From positions 77,813 to 141,812 of the forward strand of contig JAJFLU010000026.1 in NCBI GenBank assembly GCA_021772515.1: DNA of 64,000 nt, in the 5' to 3' direction. Made by a program: the position numbers and the translations under genes. Shown in pieces: positions 47,212-56,778 of this stretch. Position 1 is the stretch's first letter. Every line of letters starts with the position of its first letter. Below the pieces are notes generated by a model. The model was given only the letters and a program-made list of their open reading frames with translations, ran no database searches and had not been told where the DNA came from. Source of the stretch: Opitutales bacterium. GTDB lineage: Bacteria > Verrucomicrobiota > Verrucomicrobiia > Opitutales > UBA2987.

Positions 47212-47745
47212 TTATCGCACCCGGGTGACCTGGACAGCGGCCTTGGCTCCCTTGATTCTGAGCCAATAGGATTCGCCTCTTTTCTTGATGATGATTTCAG
47301 GATCGGTAAATTTTCGGGCATAGGTGCCGCCCGTCTTACCTTGTTTCCATATTTGCCCATTTTCGAGTTTGAAAACGGTGTTGCCTCTCCAGCCGTAAAA
47401 ATCTCCCATAATCCTTGATTCGATGGACTCGACGATTTCCTCGGCAGCGATTTCCTTAAGCTTATCGTCGCGGTTGAAAAACCCGAAGAAACGCTCCTTG
47501 GTTTTTCTTCTTTCGACACGTTGCTCCTTCTCTTTTTGACCGAGATAACCTCGCATCCAGGAATTGAGCTGTTCCATTTGTTCGGGCTCCAGTTGCTCAA
47601 GACCTGTTTGCTCCATTTCCTCAGCGCTCATATTCTTACCGAATTCAAATGGTTCCTTGTTTTTGCTTTGATCGGCGGCAATGAGGGTTACTGCTGAAAT
47701 TGTGCAAATAGCAACAGCCAAAATCCATTTATTACTTAGGTTCAT
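47212..47745 (-). CDS. Hypothetical secreted protein
   Basis: 177 aa with signal peptide MNLSNKWILAVAICTISAVTLIAA, a charged E/Q/K-rich linker, and a C-terminal beta-rich module (GDFYGWRGNTVFKLENGQIWKQ). Confidence 0.55.
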   Translation of the reverse strand: MNLSNKWILAVAICTISAVTLIAADQSKNKEPFEFGKNMSAEEMEQTGLEQLEPEQMEQLNSWMRGYLGQKEKEQRVERRKTKERFFGFFNRDDKLKEIAAEEIVESIESRIMGDFYGWRGNTVFKLENGQIWKQGKTGGTYARKFTDPEIIIKKRGESYWLRIKGAKAAVQVTRVR

Positions 47746-47873
47746 AGTAAGTTATTCCTTTCTCAGTTAAACAGTGGGTAAGTAAGAGATTATCTTCAAT
47801 TATTCTCAGTTCAAGTCTGAATCAACAATTTTGTGATCTGGAGTGAGTTTGTAATTACTTACTGGAAATGACG

Positions 47874-47910
47874 AAAAAAAAGAGCCAGGGCAAATTGCCC
47901 TGGCTCTTTT
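47874..47910 (-). terminator. Rho-independent terminator after the TonB-dependent receptor gene (bidirectional in form)
   Basis: 12-bp perfect stem AGAGCCAGGGCA / TGCCCTGGCTCT with a 3-nt loop (47881-47907). It is flanked by an A-run of 7-8 A (47874-47880, plus the first stem base, 47881) and by a T4 run. On the minus strand the stem is followed by a U-run of 7-8 U. Confidence 0.8.
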
Positions 47911-47936
47911 GTTAAACTTGATGTGTAAGAATTGGC

Positions 47937-50900
47937 TTAGAGCTTTTTCTTGATGCTTATCCACATAAACTGCACTTCCGCAGTATAGAGGAATGAAGGA
48001 TAACCCTGGGTGTTTCCGAAATTGGCAAAAGCACTTGGGGGCTTCTGGGCGAAGAGATTGTCCACACCAAGCGTGACGGTTGTGCCGCCCCACCATTTTT
48101 CAGAATCCTTGAAGAAGGTGTAGGAAGTCTGAACGTCCCAGATCCAACGGGCATGAACTCTGTCGAGATTCCCCCAGTTTGGAGGAAATGCTTCATCGAA
48201 ATCAACGAAACCGTCAGTAAAATAACCGCTGATCGTAGTGCTGAGGTTACGCCAGTTCCAGGTTAAGCTCTGGTTGAACTTCCATTCCAACTGGGCATCG
48301 CTGGCGGAACCGGATTGGGAGACCACCTGGGTTTGGCTGCCAAAAGGACCAATTATGGTCTCACCGTCAGTTTGGTCATTGTCCACCAGGCGAAAGTCTA
48401 CGTCATCGGAAAACCCGACGAAATCAAATCTCGGTAGCCCTGGAGCATCGGCATCCTGGTATTTCAGCAATTTGGTGGCATTCAGGCTGAGGGAGAAAGT
48501 TCCCCAGTTTTCCGTTTGCAACAAATAGCTGGCGGCAAAATCGAGACCCTTCACATCGGTGCGACCAGAATTCTGGAAAACCGTGGTGAGTAGAATGATT
48601 TCATCCGAAGGGTCAGTTTGGACCTCTTCACCGGGGAAGAGTGCCTCTCCAGCAAAAAAGCGCCTAACCGTATCCTGCGCGTTAAAACCAACAGTGCCTA
48701 CGCGTTTGACGTTCCAAAAGTCCACACTGACAGTGGCACCTTTGATGAACTTGGGCGAATAAACCACGCCAATGTTCCAGGACTCGGTATCTTCCGGTGC
48801 AAGCGCCGTGTTGCCGAGGAAGACCGTATCCTGCTCTTGCTCGAACCTGCCCGTGACAGGATTGGCAATCGGAGTGAGGGAGAAGGTAGCGGTTGAGAAC
48901 AACTCATAGAGAGAGGGCTGGCGGAAACCTTCGCCCCAACTTGCCCGCATAACGAGATCTTCGGTAACAGCTAAACGAACCGAAAATTTTGGCACAAAGG
49001 TATCAATTCCTGTACCAAGAAACTTCTCGAATCGGCCGGAAGCGTTGACTTCCAGGGAATGGACAAAGGATTCCATTTCCGGGCTGATGACAGGCAAATT
49101 AATCTCGAAGAAGGCCGAACCAACCCTCCTGCGACCACGTGTAACCGCAGCGGTGGAGGAACCAATGACATCACCCGTTGTGCCGGAAGAGTCGGGGCTC
49201 TGGAAGAGTTGTTCCTGACGCCATTCCCAGCCAGCAGCAAAACCAACACTCCCGCCAGGAAGCTTAAAAAGCTCTGCTGTGTTGATATTTCCCCAAGCCT
49301 GCACTAACTCCGACTCGTTGCGGTTTTTCTGTTCAACAAGAGCGTTGGGCGCAAGTAAAACGTTGTTGGGTAATGGATTTTTCCAAAAAACAAACGGATT
49401 GAAGGCCGTTTCGGTCCCTAAATAATCGCTACTTGATGGATCGAAGAATGAGTCGGCCGAATTAACCAGACGGTTGAATGTGCTGATCGAGACCAAGGTA
49501 TTCAAATTGGTTTCGTTAATTATACCATAACCGAAGCCAAAGTCCGCATTCCACTTATTGAACAGGTTGGTAGCTCTCATTCCCCACTGTAAGTTGAAGG
49601 CTTCCGTCTTGGTTAAGAAAAGACGGTTGCCAAAATCAAAGAGACGGATGCGAGTGCTGCCAATCAAGTCCTGATTAAAAGGATTGAACTCGTTAAAAGC
49701 GCCAGGAGCCACTTCAGAAATACGTCCTGGATCTTCATCCGGCCGGTTAATTGGATTGGGAGTGCTGGCTGGAATGACCAGAGAAACACCGCCTGGATTA
49801 CGGAAACTACCCGTGGCCGAGGGCGCCAACTGATTGTCGGACTCGGCGTTCTGGTAACTGAAATAACCGTAGGTTTCCACATTATCAGTACCAAAGAGAT
49901 TGTGCCTGAAGTTCATGAATCCACCAACACGGGTGGTTTCCGGGAAGGAACCCGATTGTTCGTTGAAGTTGAATCTGGAGTGGTTGCCGAAACCGGTAAG
50001 GTAATCGTAAGCTCCCACCGGGACATCTCCAAAGTTATTGGCGTTTTGGTTATTCAGGACGGGATTGCCAAAACCGTCAGATGCACCGGAGGTGGTCAAG
50101 ATCATATCTTGCCCGACTCCATTGAGAATGAAATCATCCAAATCGGCGCCACCAGCAACTGTGTTCCCAAGAGCACCGGTGAAGTTGCCGTCGCCATCCC
50201 TGACTGGCTGGAAATAATTAAGAAACTGTGTCGAGGAAAAGGAATCAAGACCTACAATTCCTGCGTCAATCTGGCCAGGCATATAATCTTCGTTGTCATC
50301 CGTATTGAATACAAAACCATTTTCTGCATCCACATAGGCACTATTTATTTCATCTTCCAAACCTTGCACAGATACACCGCTTGCATCCCAGTCGAGGCCA
50401 GGAATCTCATTTACGGCAACGCCCAACGCATCAGCAGCAGCTTCGCGGCTGATATTGATATTGAGCGGGCTCGAATTGGAGCTGAGGAAGGGAGGGAGCG
50501 AGAAGTCGTTGTCGCCATTGAAAATGGGGTTGCGGGTGTACCAGTTGGCTCCCACTGTGATGCTGCCCTTTTCGCTTTTTACACCGTAAACAACGCTGGC
50601 CAAAAATTCCGAAGAATCATTGCCACCGGTATCATTGCCGTAGCGCACGGTGAGTTCGCCGCCTTCGTAATTGTCACGCATCATGATGTTGACAACACCA
50701 GCAACAGCGTCTGCGCCGTAAGTGGCTGAAGCGCCGTCCTTTAGAACCTCAATGCGCTGTACAGCGGAGGCAGGGATGGAGTTCAGGTCAACGAATGCGG
50801 TGGTGCCGCCGGTGCCGGTCGGGAAGACTGGAACGCGGTGCCCATTAACGAGAACCAGGGTGGCGTCTGGGCCAAGACCGCGCAGAGAGGCGGAGGTGGC

Positions 50901-51218
50901 GCCGGAGGTGAACCCGGTGGCGTTGTTAGAGATAGCGACGCTACCTGCGTTGTTGGCTGTAAGTTTTTGGAGTAATTCCTCAGCCGTAACAAAGCCAGTT
51001 TGGTCGATCTGGAAGCGCTCGAGTACTTGGACAGGCGTCGGGCGGGTTTCGTAAGCCGTTTCAGTGGTAGGGATCATGGATCCCGTGATGGTGAACTCAT
51101 CGAGTTCTTCTTCTTCATCCTGGGCAGGCAGGTTGACCGCGAGCAAGAGCGCTGGGACAACGAGCAACCAACCAAAACGAAGGTGCAGTGGGTTGTTTTC
51201 TTGTAGTTTGTTATTCAT
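47937..51218 (-). CDS. TonB-dependent outer-membrane receptor
   Basis: Signal peptide, acidic linker, TonB-box-like DEFTITGS, plug domain (LRGLGPDATLVLVNGHRV, IEVLKDGASATYGADAVAGVVNI) and a ~850-aa beta-barrel. Start moved to MNNKLQENN (51218). Confidence 0.85.
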   Translation of the reverse strand: MNNKLQENNPLHLRFGWLLVVPALLLAVNLPAQDEEEELDEFTITGSMIPTTETAYETRPTPVQVLERFQIDQTGFVTAEELLQKLTANNAGSVAISNNATGFTSGATSASLRGLGPDATLVLVNGHRVPVFPTGTGGTTAFVDLNSIPASAVQRIEVLKDGASATYGADAVAGVVNIMMRDNYEGGELTVRYGNDTGGNDSSEFLASVVYGVKSEKGSITVGANWYTRNPIFNGDNDFSLPPFLSSNSSPLNINISREAAADALGVAVNEIPGLDWDASGVSVQGLEDEINSAYVDAENGFVFNTDDNEDYMPGQIDAGIVGLDSFSSTQFLNYFQPVRDGDGNFTGALGNTVAGGADLDDFILNGVGQDMILTTSGASDGFGNPVLNNQNANNFGDVPVGAYDYLTGFGNHSRFNFNEQSGSFPETTRVGGFMNFRHNLFGTDNVETYGYFSYQNAESDNQLAPSATGSFRNPGGVSLVIPASTPNPINRPDEDPGRISEVAPGAFNEFNPFNQDLIGSTRIRLFDFGNRLFLTKTEAFNLQWGMRATNLFNKWNADFGFGYGIINETNLNTLVSISTFNRLVNSADSFFDPSSSDYLGTETAFNPFVFWKNPLPNNVLLAPNALVEQKNRNESELVQAWGNINTAELFKLPGGSVGFAAGWEWRQEQLFQSPDSSGTTGDVIGSSTAAVTRGRRRVGSAFFEINLPVISPEMESFVHSLEVNASGRFEKFLGTGIDTFVPKFSVRLAVTEDLVMRASWGEGFRQPSLYELFSTATFSLTPIANPVTGRFEQEQDTVFLGNTALAPEDTESWNIGVVYSPKFIKGATVSVDFWNVKRVGTVGFNAQDTVRRFFAGEALFPGEEVQTDPSDEIILLTTVFQNSGRTDVKGLDFAASYLLQTENWGTFSLSLNATKLLKYQDADAPGLPRFDFVGFSDDVDFRLVDNDQTDGETIIGPFGSQTQVVSQSGSASDAQLEWKFNQSLTWNWRNLSTTISGYFTDGFVDFDEAFPPNWGNLDRVHARWIWDVQTSYTFFKDSEKWWGGTTVTLGVDNLFAQKPPSAFANFGNTQGYPSFLYTAEVQFMWISIKKKL

Positions 51219-51771
51219 GGTATCAGGTGTATATTTATTTACTTTGGATATCACGTTGTTTTTTTGGGTTGGACCGACAACTAAACCTCAGGCGCTAATG
51301 CGCAGCCGACGAGATCGGCAGTTTGAGGGGTTACAAACGAAACCGTGGGGTATTTTGACGATTAGGTCTAAACACACCGCAGCTTCTTTCGCATAGCCGA
51401 CGGTCTGATTAGATTAGTCTTTAATCCCTTTCTGGGATTTTAGGGCGCTAGTCATAAAGAGGATTGAAATGATTGTTTCGTTTATCCATGCCTGAAAAAG
51501 CTGGCCGGTTAGTAGCCATTTCTTTCAAACAGCGTATAGAACAAAGTATTTTCAGGGAAAAGTCTATACTTAATGTAAAAAAATGTTAAAAAAATTGAAC
51601 GGCATTTAATCTATTGGTAATCAATCGCTTACAGAATATATTGCCGTTATTGTGACTTTATTTGGAACATTTTTGCTCCATTCCTAACTAAAAAATTACC
51701 TGAAATCCGTCCTTCCGGGCATTTTCAAGGAGCGAATGCGTACTTGCCAGAATCGGGTGCTCTCTTAGAAG

Positions 51772-53190
51772 ATGCCGGATGTATTGGTATCGAAGGATGT
51801 TAAAATGGTAACCAGCGGTATTTCCAGTCTATTAAAGGATCCTCCACGGGTTCTCATCGCCGATGACCAAAAGGATGTCCTCAAAGCAATGGCCCTGCTT
51901 CTCAAGGGGGAGGGGTTCAAGACCAAATCGGTGACTTCTCCGCATGAAGTATTGGGGGCGCTGCGCAAGAGTGATTTCGACCTGGCCATGGTGGACCTCA
52001 ATTATACGCGGGATACCACTTCTGGTCGGGAGGGGCTGGATCTCCTGCAAAAAATACGCGCGCTGGATGCCGATCTGCCAATCGTAGTGATGACGGCTTG
52101 GGCCACGATCGATGTTGCCGTGGAGTGCATGAGGCAGGGGGCTTGTGATTTTGTGCAAAAACCCTGGGACAACGCCCGCGTGCTGGCAATTGTGAGGACG
52201 CAGGCCCAATACTACCGCACGGTAAAGCGGAAAAACCTGTTGGAGGATGAAAATCGCCTGCTCCGGGGTCAGGACGGGGTCACCATGCTGGCCCAATCGA
52301 AGGCCATGGAATCGGTGCTTGAAATTATCGACAGTGTGGGCCCCTCGGATGCCAATGTACTAATAACAGGGGAAAATGGCACCGGCAAGGGGGTGGTTGC
52401 ACAGGTCTTGCACGAGAAATCGGCACGGCGGGACAAGCCACTGGTCAGTGTAAATATGGGGGGGCTGCCGGAGGGAATTTTCGAGAGCGAGTTATTTGGC
52501 CATGTCAGAGGGGCTTTCACCGATGCCAAGGCAGACCGGGCCGGGCGTTTCGAAATGGCGGCAGGGGGCACCTTGTTTCTTGATGAAATCGCCAATATTC
52601 CGCTCGCCCAGCAAAACAAGTTGTTGCGCTTGCTGGAAACGGGCGAATTCGAGCGAGTGGGCTCCTCAAAAACCCAGCGAGTGGATGTGCGCCTGATCAG
52701 CGCCACCAATGCCGTACCCCAAAAGGAGGTCACGGAGGGGCGTTTCAGGCAAGATCTTCTCTATCGGCTCAATACCATACATATCCACCTTCCGCTTTTG
52801 ACGGAGCGATTGGAGGATATCCCTTTGCTGGCTGACTATTTCCTGCAACGGCATCAGCAAAAATACCGCAAAGATTTCGGCGGTTTCTCTTCCGGGGCCC
52901 TCGAAACCCTGTGCGCCTACCGGTGGCCGGGCAATATTCGGGAGCTGGACCACTGCATCGAGCGGGCTGTCCTGTTGGCCAAGGGTCGGCAAATCCAGCC
53001 CGGGGATCTCGGTTTGAGCGCAACGGACACAGGACCGGCTTCACTCGAGGACATGACCATCGAGGAGGTGGAGAAATACCTGATCAAGCGCACCCTTCTG
53101 CGACATGAGGGCAATGCCACACAGGCGGCCAAGGCTCTGGGGCTGAGTCGGAGCGCCTTCTACCGCCGACTTCAGCGTTTTGAACTTTAA
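51772..53190 (+). CDS. Sigma-54-dependent response regulator (NtrC family: REC + AAA+ + Fis-type HTH)
   Basis: REC domain (LIADDQ..., DLAMVDLNY), Walker A GENGTGKG, ESELFGH, a GAFTDA variant of the GAFTGA loop, and C-terminal HTH AAKALGLSRSAFYRRL. Alternative start at 51805. Confidence 0.9.
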   Translation: MPDVLVSKDVKMVTSGISSLLKDPPRVLIADDQKDVLKAMALLLKGEGFKTKSVTSPHEVLGALRKSDFDLAMVDLNYTRDTTSGREGLDLLQKIRALDADLPIVVMTAWATIDVAVECMRQGACDFVQKPWDNARVLAIVRTQAQYYRTVKRKNLLEDENRLLRGQDGVTMLAQSKAMESVLEIIDSVGPSDANVLITGENGTGKGVVAQVLHEKSARRDKPLVSVNMGGLPEGIFESELFGHVRGAFTDAKADRAGRFEMAAGGTLFLDEIANIPLAQQNKLLRLLETGEFERVGSSKTQRVDVRLISATNAVPQKEVTEGRFRQDLLYRLNTIHIHLPLLTERLEDIPLLADYFLQRHQQKYRKDFGGFSSGALETLCAYRWPGNIRELDHCIERAVLLAKGRQIQPGDLGLSATDTGPASLEDMTIEEVEKYLIKRTLLRHEGNATQAAKALGLSRSAFYRRLQRFEL

Positions 53191-53235
53191 TCTCATCCCG
53201 ATGAGCAATCAACTCCCCCGGCGTCTCTTTTTCAG

Positions 53236-54573
53236 GTGAATCCGACAATTATCCGCAGGCATAAAAAAGGAAAGCACATGGGGCGTGTGCTTTGCCTCTC
53301 GATTTTGAGTGGCCTTCCCGGTGTGTTGGGCACCATACTGCTTTTGCAGGTCGGAAATTACCCTTTGAAGGTGCATCTGACCATGTTGACCTTCGTCATC
53401 GGATTCTGGCTCGTTTTTTTGTTAATGCTGCAAAACCGTGTCATCCGGCCATTGCAAGCGGCTTCAAATATGCTTTCAGCCCTGCGAGAGGGGGACTTTT
53501 CTCTGCAATCGCATGGCGGCGACACCGAAGATCCCATGGGGCAGGTCATGTTTGAAATCAATGCGTTGACGGATGTCCTTCGTAATCAGAGACTTGGTGC
53601 AATCGAGGCCTTTACCCTTTTAAACAAGGTGGTCGAGGAAATCGATGTCGCGATCTTCACTTTCGATGAAAACGACCGCCTGCGAATGATCAATCGGGCG
53701 GGAGAAAAGCTGCTGGCCAAGCCTCTGGACCAACTCACGGGTGAGAGCGCTACGGCGCTGGGGCTCAAAAAATGCCTGACGGAACCGACGAGAGAAAATC
53801 AGTTGATGGCATTTCCAGGGCGATCCAGCCGATGGTATGTGAAAACGGGCCATTTTCGGGAATCAGGCAAACCTCATCAACTCCTCCTGTTGACGGATGT
53901 CAGCCAACCCCTGCGCGAAGAGGAGCGAATCGCCTGGCGGCGGCTCATCCGAGTGATCGGCCATGAATTGAACAATTCCCTCGCCCCGATCAAATCTCTG
54001 GCTGGGAGCATGGAAAAAATCCTCTCCCGTCCACAACTGCCGGAAGACTGGCGGGAGGATCTCAACGAGGGTCTCGAGGTAATCGGGTCGAGAGCCGAGG
54101 GGTTGAGCCGGTTTTTGGAGGATTTTTCCCGAATCGCGAAACTTCCGCCGCCGAATAAGGAATCGATATTGGTCGGTGAGATTCTGGAACGGGTTTTGGG
54201 CCTTTCGGCCAGTATCCCCGTGCAACTGGCAAAGGGGCCCGATTGCACCGTTTTGGCGGATAGGAGCCAAATTGAGCAGCTTCTCATCAATCTACTGAAA
54301 AATGCCGTGGACGCCGTCAAGGAGACAAGTGGAAAGATCAAGACAGGATGGACGTTAAAAGGCGACCGGGTTGATATCTGGTTTGAGGATGAAGGTCCTG
54401 GAATCGCCAATCCGGGTAACTTGTTCGTCCCGTTTTTCTCGACCAAGCCGGACGGGTCGGGGGTTGGTCTCACCCTGAGCCGCCAGATTGCGGAAGCTCA
54501 CGACGGAGCCTTGGAGGTGCTCAATCGTGAGGGAAAACAAGGCTGCCGGGCCACTCTCACCTTGCCGGTTTGA
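53236..54573 (+). CDS. Sensor histidine kinase (TM + HAMP-like + PAS-like + HisKA + HATPase_c)
   Basis: Two N-terminal TM segments, H-box VIGHELNNSLAPI, N-box LLKNAVDA and G-boxes DEGPGI / GSGVGLTL. GTG start at 53236 or ATG at 53278. Confidence 0.85.
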   Translation: MNPTIIRRHKKGKHMGRVLCLSILSGLPGVLGTILLLQVGNYPLKVHLTMLTFVIGFWLVFLLMLQNRVIRPLQAASNMLSALREGDFSLQSHGGDTEDPMGQVMFEINALTDVLRNQRLGAIEAFTLLNKVVEEIDVAIFTFDENDRLRMINRAGEKLLAKPLDQLTGESATALGLKKCLTEPTRENQLMAFPGRSSRWYVKTGHFRESGKPHQLLLLTDVSQPLREEERIAWRRLIRVIGHELNNSLAPIKSLAGSMEKILSRPQLPEDWREDLNEGLEVIGSRAEGLSRFLEDFSRIAKLPPPNKESILVGEILERVLGLSASIPVQLAKGPDCTVLADRSQIEQLLINLLKNAVDAVKETSGKIKTGWTLKGDRVDIWFEDEGPGIANPGNLFVPFFSTKPDGSGVGLTLSRQIAEAHDGALEVLNREGKQGCRATLTLPV

Positions 54574-54584
54574 TCCCATAAGCT

Positions 54585-55340
54585 TCAATTTCCTGAACCG
54601 TCTTTCTTTTTCTTTAACATGCCCTTGAGTCCTCCGAGGGCTTTTTTTCCAACTTCATTCGCAGTATCCGCTCCCCCTTCCACGACAGCGCCCCCTGCCT
54701 TGCCAACCCCTTGCAGCGTGTTCCGTAGGACCGCTTTCATTATTTCCCCCGCCATTTGATCAGGAGTGATGCCCTCCTCCGATTGTGATCCCAACCCTGA
54801 AAGGTGGATTTCGGGAAGGGGAACGGTGATTCCATTGCCCAGAATACCAACCGTAATTTTTCCGTTCACGAGCGAGAGTTCCTTGATCTCAAGTCTTATT
54901 TCGTCGCCCTCATCGCCCTCTGCCTCTTCTCCAACTAGCGAGGATTCTTCGATATTTTTAAGCAATTGCTTCAGATTGTCGGTGAGAAGCTTTTTCTCGT
55001 AAACGATATGCGGCTCGTTGACATAAATTTTTTCAATCACGATTTTGTCGGAAAGCAGGGTGGCCACATCGAGGTTCACTTCGACTTTATTTGCCGAAAA
55101 GGCTTTATCCGATTTGAATCCTTCGGGATTCCCGATGGTTAAACCCTTTATCACCCCGGTTCCGTTAAGGGGAGAAATGTTCGCTCCCTCAAGGTGGACT
55201 TCGGTCTGCGTGATATCCGGTCCGAAGGTCTCAATGCCGGACTTTACCCCTTTATTGATAAGAGTTGAAAAAGTGATATAGGCGATCCCAAGGAGAAGGA
55301 CTCCTATCACCGCAGTTATTAGTAGAATTTTTTTAGCCAT
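54585..55340 (-). CDS. Membrane-anchored hypothetical protein (AsmA/DUF748-like)
   Basis: 251 aa with a single N-terminal TM segment (ILLITAVIGVLLLGIAYITF), a repetitive beta-rich body resembling AsmA-family N-termini, and a G/K-rich tail. Confidence 0.45.
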   Translation of the reverse strand: MAKKILLITAVIGVLLLGIAYITFSTLINKGVKSGIETFGPDITQTEVHLEGANISPLNGTGVIKGLTIGNPEGFKSDKAFSANKVEVNLDVATLLSDKIVIEKIYVNEPHIVYEKKLLTDNLKQLLKNIEESSLVGEEAEGDEGDEIRLEIKELSLVNGKITVGILGNGITVPLPEIHLSGLGSQSEEGITPDQMAGEIMKAVLRNTLQGVGKAGGAVVEGGADTANEVGKKALGGLKGMLKKKKDGSGN

Positions 55341-55394
55341 ATTTTTTCCGTAATTTAATTTTTATCTGTGTTAAAATAAATTGGAGTCTCTTTT

Positions 55395-56684
55395 TCACCA
55401 GCACTTCATGGAATTCTGGAAAAGTTCCTTCAGGTCTTCGGCGGTGGGGTGCCTTGGTGAAATTTTGGTTACTCGGTGTTGGGGCAAAGTGCCGGCGACA
55501 AGCGCGTCGATGTCGGTTGCCGTAAATCCCACAGCCTCCAATCCATTGGGCATTCCCACTTTTTTCATCAAATCGATAATCGCTCCGGCCAGCAAATCGC
55601 CTGCGTCTTCATCTCTCGCATTTGTGGTATCAACCCCCATTAGGCTGGCCGCCCGCAGGTGCAGGGCCGGGTTGGCGGGGGCTGTAAAACGAAAAACCGC
55701 CGGGGCGTGCAAAATAACCGACATACCGTGGGGGATGAGGGGGTTTTCCTGAGGGTAGCCAGGCGGAAAATAATCCCGCACCATTCCTGACACCGGGTAG
55801 GACATGCCGTGGGGGAGGTGAACCCCCGCGTTGCCAAAACCGATCCCCGCATAGGTGGCTGCCAAGAGCATTTGCCCCCGGGCTTCGTCATCTTCGGGAT
55901 GTTCGATCGCTCTGACAATGTGCCGGGAAACCATCTCGATGGCCTTGGATGCCCAGATTTCGCTGATCGGATTGGCTCCCTGATAGGCGGGCCGATAAGC
56001 GGGACTTTCAGGGGCTTCGCGTTGGTGGAAAGGCAGCGCGGTCAATGATTCCAGAGCGTGGGAGAGCACATCAAGCCCAGTGCATGCCGCCACCAGGGGA
56101 GGCAGGGAGCGGGTGTTATCGGGGTCGATGATTCCCATGTTTGGCCGCAGAGCGCGGTGGGCGATACCCGTTTTGGCCTTCATCTCGAGCAGGTCGAAAA
56201 TGGCCACCCCGGTCGTTTCGCTACCGGTACCTGCCGTGGTGGGCACCGCAATAAGCGGTTTGAGCGACCCCGGAACGGGAATGCCCCGGCCGATGGGCGG
56301 ATTCACATAATCCAGAAAATCCGCTGGATAGGTTGCATACAAATTGGCCGCCTTGGCAGTGTCCATGGTCGAGCCACCGCCCACCGCGACAAACCCGTCG
56401 AATTGCCCATCAACTGCAAATGCTGCCGCCTCTTTGAAAGATTGATCCGTAGGCTCGACCCGCACTTTATCATAAAGGACGGTCTCGATGCCCTCCTTGC
56501 ACAATGACTCCAAAACGATGGCGACACAGGAAGCGTCCGCGAGCCCGGCATCGGTCAACACCATAATCCGCCTTGCCCCGAGACGACCCATCTCAAAACC
56601 GATCTCGCCGGTGGCGCCGGGGCCATACTTGATGCAGGATGCCTCAACCGTGAACAATGTCTCCAAAGCCATGTCTAATTCCAC
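55395..56684 (-). CDS. Iron-containing (group III) alcohol dehydrogenase, hydroxyacid-oxoacid transhydrogenase-like
   Basis: GGGSTMDTAKA NAD-binding motif, a metal-binding His cluster (LDVLSHALES, GVHLPHGMSYP), 429 aa. Start may be the second Met (56672). Confidence 0.88.
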   Translation of the reverse strand: MELDMALETLFTVEASCIKYGPGATGEIGFEMGRLGARRIMVLTDAGLADASCVAIVLESLCKEGIETVLYDKVRVEPTDQSFKEAAAFAVDGQFDGFVAVGGGSTMDTAKAANLYATYPADFLDYVNPPIGRGIPVPGSLKPLIAVPTTAGTGSETTGVAIFDLLEMKAKTGIAHRALRPNMGIIDPDNTRSLPPLVAACTGLDVLSHALESLTALPFHQREAPESPAYRPAYQGANPISEIWASKAIEMVSRHIVRAIEHPEDDEARGQMLLAATYAGIGFGNAGVHLPHGMSYPVSGMVRDYFPPGYPQENPLIPHGMSVILHAPAVFRFTAPANPALHLRAASLMGVDTTNARDEDAGDLLAGAIIDLMKKVGMPNGLEAVGFTATDIDALVAGTLPQHRVTKISPRHPTAEDLKELFQNSMKCW

Positions 56685-56778
56685 CGAATTTATGTCGAAA
56701 TCACAAACAGAAACCCGCCGAGAAGAATATTTTTGCTAAATTCGACTATTCTCACAAATTTCCTGTAAAAAGTCAGAT

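Noticed and set aside
51255-51480. Possible cobalamin or TPP riboswitch in the TonB-dependent receptor leader
   Set aside because: I could not find the B12 box, GCCACUG or GGGAA/GGUG cores, or the TPP CUGAGA...ACCUGAUCUGG cores on the receptor strand. Only generic hairpins and short direct repeats are present. It is kept as an unexplained long leader, not called as a riboswitch.
51663-51677. Sigma-54-like promoter TGGAAC-ATTT-TTGCT upstream of the NtrC-type gene
   Set aside because: The GG-to-GC spacing is 9 nt rather than the essentially invariant 10 nt, and the -24 element is TGGAAC rather than TGGCAC.
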